Shown here: piece after piece, positions 55,006 through 64,000 of the stretch
Position numbering within the stretch: position 1 is the stretch's first letter
How the letters are laid out: each line of letters starts with the position of its first letter
Assembly (NCBI RefSeq): GCF_009914755.1
Contig: NC_060930.1
Strand: one strand, 5' to 3'
Length of the DNA stretch: 64,000 bases
From: the human T2T-CHM13v2.0 reference genome, Homo sapiens
The notes under the pieces: generated by a model
Seen by the model: only the letters and a program-made list of their open reading frames with translations
Databases searched by the model: none
What the model was told of the DNA's origin: nothing
Position numbers and translations under genes: made by a program

Positions 55006-55787
55006 GATCCCTATATTTGCATTATAAATAACTAACTTACCTTAGTTATCCTGAATCCTAAAGGCAATAAATTTTATTTTGAGCCAGAGACCTCATGATT
55101 TGGTGACTTTTCTACCATCCATAGCTCTGTTCTCATTTGCTGGTTTGAAATGCAAAAATGAAATCCTCAGCTCTGTTCCAAAAATATGTAGAGTTTACCC
55201 AACTCTTTTTGTCTGTATGAAATCCCTTGCCTTTTTTTGCATGAGTACTACAAGCAAATGTGTCTACTAGATTCAGAATAAGATCGAATATTATCATTCA
55301 GAACTATTTATTTTGATAAAATCTAGATGCTTTGTTACAGTGAAATACATTCTATGGTACTGTGGCTACTCTTAGATACGGTGAGGTCAGGAATAAATTT
55401 CATCTTTCTGGCTCTGAAAGTGGTCTGTAGATGAGTTACTATTGCCTTAATCTGTAAGCTTTTGGCTATGATTACCTTCTTCAAATTTCCTGCTACATAT
55501 TTAGTAAGAGCAGGAAATGTGGCTTATTTGTGGTGATTTTCAAGTTACATTTACTTTGTAAATAATAAATGAAAAGATGGTGCTAAACTGTCTAGAGATT
55601 ATCATCATGAAAGTTTTTTGTTTTCTAGAAAGTTGATCTGGTAGCTGTATGTACATGGTTGTTAATGGTGGTTGATATTTTGCAGTGGATATGTATATAT
55701 TTTTCAAAGAAGCGAAACATTTATTCTTCTCTTTGATATTTTTCCAGAGGAAGGATTGAGTCCACATTGAAAGATGGCTGTTAGCTA

Positions 55788-56159
<372 letters not shown>

Positions 56160-56480
56160 TTATTTTTCATGTAGGGTGCAGTATTCTGTAACTGGACTTT
56201 TATCATGAGTATACCTTTATGCTTGGAGGTAGGATACAAAGAGATTTTTGTACATGGGCACAAATAGTTTGAAAGGAGTATATTTCCAGATTCTCACTTT
56301 TCATATGTATTTTTATTAAAGTTCCTCTTCCCTAGGATATTTTAGATCAACACAAGTTCCACACTTTTTAAATTTACATTTCAAATATATCTTAAGCTTA
56401 TCAGTCATTCTTAATCATTATGATTAGAGAAACTTTTGCCTCTTGCTTTATTTAAGAAACCAGGGATGTTTATATAATTA

Positions 56481-56799
56481 CAGTCACTCTTCCGTTTCTG
56501 TGGGTTCCAACCCATGGGTTCAGCCTATTGGGATCAAAATTTGGGGAAAAAATATTCCACGAAATTCCAGAAAGCAAAACTTGAATTTCCTATACACTGA
56601 GTAGAATGTGAATGAAGTGATGTGTAGGCATTGTATTAGGTATTCACAGTAATCTAGAGCTGATTTAAAGTAGATGGGATGATGTCCGTAGGTTATATGC
56701 AAATACTGCCCATTTTATATAAGGGACGTGAGCATCCTCGGATTTTGGTATCTTCAGGGGTCTTGGAACGAATCCCCCAAGGCTACTGAAGGACAACTG
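56481..56799 (-). mobile_element. MER2 (Tigger-derived MITE)
   Basis: TA-CAGT...ACTG-TA ends; minus strand GGGGGATTCGTTCCAAGACCCC...GATACCAAAATCC. Confidence 0.82.
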
Positions 56800-56804
56800 T
56801 ATTT

Positions 56805-57510
56805 CTTTTTATTCTGAAATTTCTATGTACATCTGTAGAAAAGTACAGAAAACAACATATACAGCCAAATTTTTATAAAGAGAAGACCTATGTAGCTCCC
56901 ACTCATTTCAAGAAGTAGAACTTTGAAGCCCACAAGCCCCAAGTGCCTCTTCCTAATCATGTCTTGCATACCCCCTACCCAGGTAACCAGTTTGAATTTT
57001 GTGTCACGTCCTTGCTTGACATTATAGTTTTACTTTGTATAAAATGAATTCTTAAAGTGGTTTAATGTATTTTAAATTTTTTAATGTAATCCTATGGTAT
57101 GTATTCTTTTTATACAGTTCTCCTACTCAACATCATGTGTCTAGGATTCATTCTTGTGGTGTGTAGCAGTATTCATTACTATCTGTTGCTGTATATTTTC
57201 CATTATGTGAATAGACGGCAGCTTGCCCACTTCTGTTGACATTGTGTGTGTTTTCTAGTTTTTGCAATTCTGAACAGTATTGCTGTGAACAGTGTAATAT
57301 TTACATATGTAAGGTAATAAATATCCTCATACAGCTTGCATTTCTGTAGGAGTGGAATTGCTGGTTACAGGATATGCATTTCTTCACCATGGCTAGATAA
57401 TACTAAATTAGTTTTATAATGATTGTACTGATTTACTCTCTTCCTCGCAATGCATGGGTTTGTGGTGCTCCCCATTTTTGTCAGCACTTGGTATTGTTAG
57501 ATTTAAATTT
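56805..57510 (-). mobile_element. Old L1ME-type remnant
   Basis: AGGAGTGGAATTGCTGG and TTCCATTATGTGAATAGAC motifs. Confidence 0.6.
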
Positions 57511-57982
57511 TTCTAATCTGTCGAGCCATCTTTCTTACATGCCACCATTAGTATTATTCAGTGCTTTGCAGGTACAGCCACATGATTCTGTTTCTACCAC
57601 TCTAGCTTTGTTGTCTTTAAATTAATATCACTTTTTAGTAGCTGCAGGTGGGAGCACAAATTCTAAAAATAGGATAATTAAGGTGTATTTGTATATTGCA
57701 AAATATATGGTCCAACTTACCTAGAAGGTTCTTTGACAAATAACCATAACTGATGATAACCTGCAGATGACAACTTGGATGACAAAATGAAAAATCATGC
57801 AAATATACTTAAAGGTGCATTCTCCCTATTCGTTCTTACCTTTCTCCCCCTAAAAAGGCTATTTCTCTATAAAATAAGAAATTGGAAATTACTAGAATAT
57901 AGTTGAAAAATGGTATATCTATAAAAACTTAATGTGATACGCTTTAGGAAATTATTTAGAGTAAAAATACCGTATGCCATTG

Positions 57983-58714
57983 TATAACTGCCCAGTGGGT
58001 TCACCTTGCCTGCTGCCTAGACAGAGCCAATTTATCAAGACAGGAGAATTGCAATGGAGAATGAGTAATTCACGCAAAGCCGGCTGTGCAGGAGACTGGA
58101 GTTTTATTATTACTCAAATCAGTCTCCAAGAGCATTCGGGGTTGGATCAGAGTTTTTAAAGATAATTTGGTGGGTAGGGGCTCGGGAAGTGGGGAGTGCT
58201 GTTGGTCAGGTTGGAGATGGAATCATAGGGAGGTCCAAGTGAGGTTTTCTTGCTGTCTTCTCTTCTTGGGTGGGATCGCAGAACTGGTTGAGCCAGATTA
58301 CCAGCCTGGGTGACATCAGCTGATCCATCCAGTGAAAGGTCTGCAAAATATCTCAAGCACTGATCTTTTAAGATAGTGATGTTATACTCAGGAGCAATTT
58401 GGGGAGGTTCAGACTCTTGCAGCCAGAGGCTGCGTGACCCTAAACTGTAATTTCTAATCTTGTAGCTAATTTGTTAGTCTTACAAAGGCAGACTGGTACC
58501 CAGGCAAGAAGAGGGTCTTTTTGGGAAAGGGCTATTATTAAATATTTTGTTTCTGAGTCAAACCGTAAACTAAATTCCCTCCCAAGGTTAGTTCAGCCCA
58601 GGCCCAGGAATGACAAGGACAGCTTGAAGGTTAGAAGCAAGATGGAGTTGGTTAGGTCTGCTCGCTTTCACTGTCATAACTTCCTCAGTTACAATTTTTG
58701 CAAAGGCGGTTTCA
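57983..58714 (-). mobile_element. LTR8-family (ERV1) solo LTR
   Basis: Minus strand begins TGAAACCGCCTTTGCAAAA; about 730 bp; 4-bp TSD ATTG/ATTA. Confidence 0.85.
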
Positions 58715-59853
58715 ATTAGAGAGTCTTAGGAATTCTTGTTTTGAGTCTAATGGTACGTAAAGAGGAAAATTTTAAAGTATTTCAGATTTCTTTGTCTTGA
58801 TTCTTCTCTCAGGTTTCTAGTTGATGACTTAGCCAAGTTTTCCAAGTATTAAAATTATTTAAAACATTAAATCATACTAAAGAACTTTTTTTGCCATTTT
58901 ATGTAGCAAAAATGCTAATGTACCAGTGAAGGAAATTCTGTCCCACAAAATGTTAATGTATGTGTATCTAAAGATACTGTGCAGTAAGCTTGCAAGTAAA
59001 AGGATTCTTCATTGTGCTTCCCTAACTACATAGGCTAAAAAAGCTTGTGTTGAGAAAGTAGGGGAGGCAGGGCACGGTGGCTCGTGCCTGTATTTCCAGC
59101 ACTTTGGGAGATCTAGGCAGGAGGATTGCTTGAGCCCAGGAGTTTGAGACTAGCCTGGGCAACATGGTGAAACCAAGTCTCTTCCAAAAAAACATACAGG
59201 AATTAGCTGGGCATGGTGCTGTGCACCTGTGGTCACAGCTATTTGGAAGGCTGAGATGGAAGATCATTTGAGCCTGAGAGGTCGGGGTTGTAGTGAGCCA
59301 TGATGGCACCACTGCACTCCAGGCTGGATGACATAGGATAGATCCCCAGGATTATAGATGTTATATTTGAGAAAAAAAATGGAAACTCTGGCCTCTGTAT
59401 TTAACAATGTTATAATTTGCCATTTGGCATTGTTCTTTTCATTTGCGTAGGAACCCTTTTGTTGTGTGTTCCAGATGAAGTCTGAGGCATGTTGGCAGTG
59501 TGTTTGCTAGAGCCCTTCTTTCCTGAATTTGCTTCTTTCTTCCATGTAGCTTTTCACAGTGGTTAAACAAATTTTAAAAATTATAATGGTACCTTATTTA
59601 TCACTTTGTTTTATGTCATTGAAGCCAGTTACATAGTACTATTTTAGAACTTCTGATTGTATAGAGTAGCCAAAGTAGATTCTTTAAAATGCCATTCCAG
59701 AAACTGATGATATTGGAGTAGTCAATGTATGAATATTCATTACCATAGCATAGGCAATGTCTTTGTATTTACACAGGATTTTTGATGATTTTTGTCTATC
59801 AAGAATTTTACCTTTCCGTTTCCTTTCCTTTTCATTCTTCTTTTTTTCATCAG

Positions 59854-60015
59854 TGTAAACCAGAATACAAAGTACCTGGACTTTATGTTATTGACTCCAT
59901 TGTGCGACAATCCCGACATCAGTTTGGTCAAGAAAAGGATGTGTTTGCACCCAGATTTAGTAATAACATCATTAGCACTTTCCAGAATTTATATCGTTGC
60001 CCTGGGGATGACAAG
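59854..60015 (+). CDS. SCAF8: SCAF8 coding exon 4 (CKPEYKVPGLYVIDSIVRQ...CPGDDK), containing the CID 'LYVIDSI' motif
   Basis: Acceptor TTCTTTTTTTCATCAG|, donor AAG|GTATGC, 162 nt; the DSI motif is characteristic of CTD-interacting domains (Pcf11/Nrd1/SCAF family). Confidence 0.97.
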
Positions 60016-60101
60016 GTATGCTACTGGTTTTTTTTTTTTGTTTTTTTAAAAGTAGATACAGTAGCCTCTTGGTCTTAATTAGTCTTCAGATTATCTTAGT
60101 A

Positions 60102-60422
60102 CAGTCATGTGCCACATAATGATGTTTCAATGACAGACCGCATATACAGTGGTGGTCTCCTAAGATTGTAATACCATATTTTTATTTTACCATTTCTCAT
60201 TTATGTACAGAAATACCACTGTGTTAAAATTGCCTACAGTATGCAGTACAGTGACATGCTGTACATGTTTGTAGTCTAGGAGCAATGGAATATGCCATAT
60301 AGTCTAGGTGTGTAGTAGGCTATACCGTCTAGGTTTGTGTAAGTACACATCACACAATGATGAAATCTCCTAATGACGCCATTTCTCAGAACATATCCTT
60401 GTCGTTAAGTGGCACAGGACTG
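60102..60422 (-). mobile_element. Tigger3a/MER7A (Golem) MITE, 86 bp downstream of exon 4
   Basis: TIRs CAGTCATGTGCCACATAA and TTAAGTGGCACAGGACTG, each flanked by TA. Confidence 0.82.
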
Positions 60423-61104
60423 TATATTCTCATTTGCTCTTAGTTATTTCAAATTTGAATATTTAATTATTACGGTATCCATATTGCATTTTGTTCTTTG
60501 AATTTCTCAAACAGAGAGTATAGAAAGATGTAGCAGATTTGCTACTTTTTAATTTGTTGAAGCAATTGGTGTTAAATAAAATGGCTAAAATAAGCTTTTG
60601 GAATTACATGAAACTTATTCACACACACAGTCAATTCAGAATTGTGATTATTTGACATGAGTTGATATTTAACTGCATATTAAAATTCTTCTATTATGGT
60701 AGAATTTTATTAATCACACTACTAAGTCTGGTATGTGTAAGATCCAAATGTGTAAATATTCTATAAATAGCAAGTAAAAAAGCTTTGGATCATGAGCGAG
60801 CATAAAAAGGAGTTGCTTATCCTTTTATTTGCTCTGAGAGGTTAGCTTATTTATTTTGGATGTTGGAAATTTAGGTGTGCTTTTTCTGACAGGGTTGATT
60901 GCAGTGTTGATTTAAGTATGAAAAGATGAGAATAGATGAAGATTCATGTTTGTTTTATGGAAGAACCACAAAACTTGAAAGCTCACCACAAATTATTCAC
61001 CTTTATATTGAGTATAACAAGATTAAGTAGTTATTTTTCATAACTATTATATAGTCTTGAATCAGAAAAAAATCTTGTTATAATGGATAGCTATGGCGAT
61101 AAAT

Positions 61105-62810
<1,706 letters not shown>

Positions 62811-64000
62811 TCTTTTTTCGTACTTGATTTTAGCCTCTGTCTTTTTTTTTCCTAATGGAATAAGTGGCATCACGATAGTAGTAACTAGGACTTAGTACTT
62901 GTTTGCAGAATAGTTATGTGTTAAACAGTTGTGAATCAGATTGTTTGGTGATAGTACCAAGAAAATAGTTATTACATAATCACTCTGCTTTTATTAGTGA
63001 TAATATGAATTCAGGATATTGTTACTCTGACATAAGTGTTCTCTGGGTGAAATGTTTATTTCAAGAAGCAAGGTATAATAGATGGAACTGCTGATACTTC
63101 TTACAAAATACTGTAGGACATCTTGAGACATTATTCTTCATTGGGCATATTTTTCTGCCTATTAAGTTTGAAGCTTTCAGGATCTGTAAAACTTTAATAC
63201 AACCAAGGAAGACATATAAGTAGGAATTTTTCTAGTTACCAAGTTTTCTCTAAATACTGCTAATTATGTTACTAGATTTCAGAATTACCCAAGAAATAGA
63301 AGTCACTAATAACTAGTCTTTTCAAGTTTATAATACACAGAATATAACAAGAGACAGGCAATAGTTAAATAGAATTTCCCAACTAAATAGATTTTCATAT
63401 GAAATGACTGAGATTAGGGTATAAGTAATTAAATAGAAGTACGTTATAGTATCGCTATAAGAAGAGCTGTAACAAGGCATATATCTCCCTCCCAAGATGC
63501 TCAAAATTTGAGAATGGCTAGACATTTAAAATACTAGCTGGCTTAAACAGTCTGATACAGTTTGGAGGTTCAGAAAAGAGACCCGAGAATCCTTCTGGTA
63601 TACTGTCTTATTTTATAAATGAGGATGCTAAAGTTTTTTTGTTTTTTTAAAAAATGTGTTGACATAGTTGGCCTGAGACCAGGATCAGCAGCAACGTTAT
63701 ATAGATCGTAAATATTTCATGAATTTTATAGCAGCTGCCATATGACTGACTGGAACCTTACAAAAAATACAAAGAACTCTGACTATTTGAGTAATCCAGA
63801 AAGAGGTTGAGACTAAAACAAAAATGTGATTTATTTGGTGGTAAGATGATTAGAGTGTGGGTTGGGATGGGCAATGTTGAGACTCTTTATGAGGAATATA
63901 AAATTGGATGCAGTGCTGCAGTTCAGGGGCATATCAAGAAGAGTAAATGAGATGGTTCACAGATGTCAAAAGTCTGCTTGCCAGTGGCAAGCAGGTTTTT

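Noticed and set aside
59782-59853. In-frame upstream extension of exon 4 in the ORF track (similarly for exon 2)
   Set aside because: Translates the polypyrimidine tract; canonical acceptors define the true exon starts

Overview
Human (primate) genomic DNA carrying the 5' part of SCAF8 (RBM16; SR-related RNA Pol II CTD-associated factor 8) on the + strand. It contains a CpG-island promoter (~5.0-6.35 kb) and four coding exons (5898-5927, 45984-46067, 49996-50040, 59854-60015). These splice in phase 0 to give 107 aa of the N-terminal CTD-interacting domain (MEAVKTFNSE|LYSLNDYKPPISKAKMTQITKAAIKAIK|FYKHVVQSVEKFIQK|CKPEYKVPGLYVIDSIVRQSRHQFGQEKDVFAPRFSNNIISTFQNLYRCPGDDK), and the gene continues past the window. 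Intron 1 is about 40 kb. The rest is dense in transposons: about 50 Alu copies or fragments, old L1/L2/MIR, a twin-primed L1PA, a near-full-length Tigger2, several MITEs and solo LTRs. Almost all ORFs in the supplied track are repeat-derived or GC-rich noise, and I see no new protein-coding gene or prokaryote-type system. The most interesting signals are RNA-level hypotheses: (i) a (UG)20-guarded cryptic 3' splice site followed by five AATAAA hexamers in intron 1 of a gene whose product suppresses premature polyadenylation; (ii) a 5'-leader in which splicing could turn a uORF into an in-frame N-terminal extension while deleting a G-quadruplex and a second uORF; (iii) exons 2-4 forming a stop-free 291-nt circle flanked by inverted Alus. 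There are also retro-fossils: a tRNA-Gly 5' half and a 24-nt polyadenylated insert of unknown source. Repeat subfamily names come from recalled consensus similarity, and repeat boundaries are approximate unless TSDs or TIRs are quoted.
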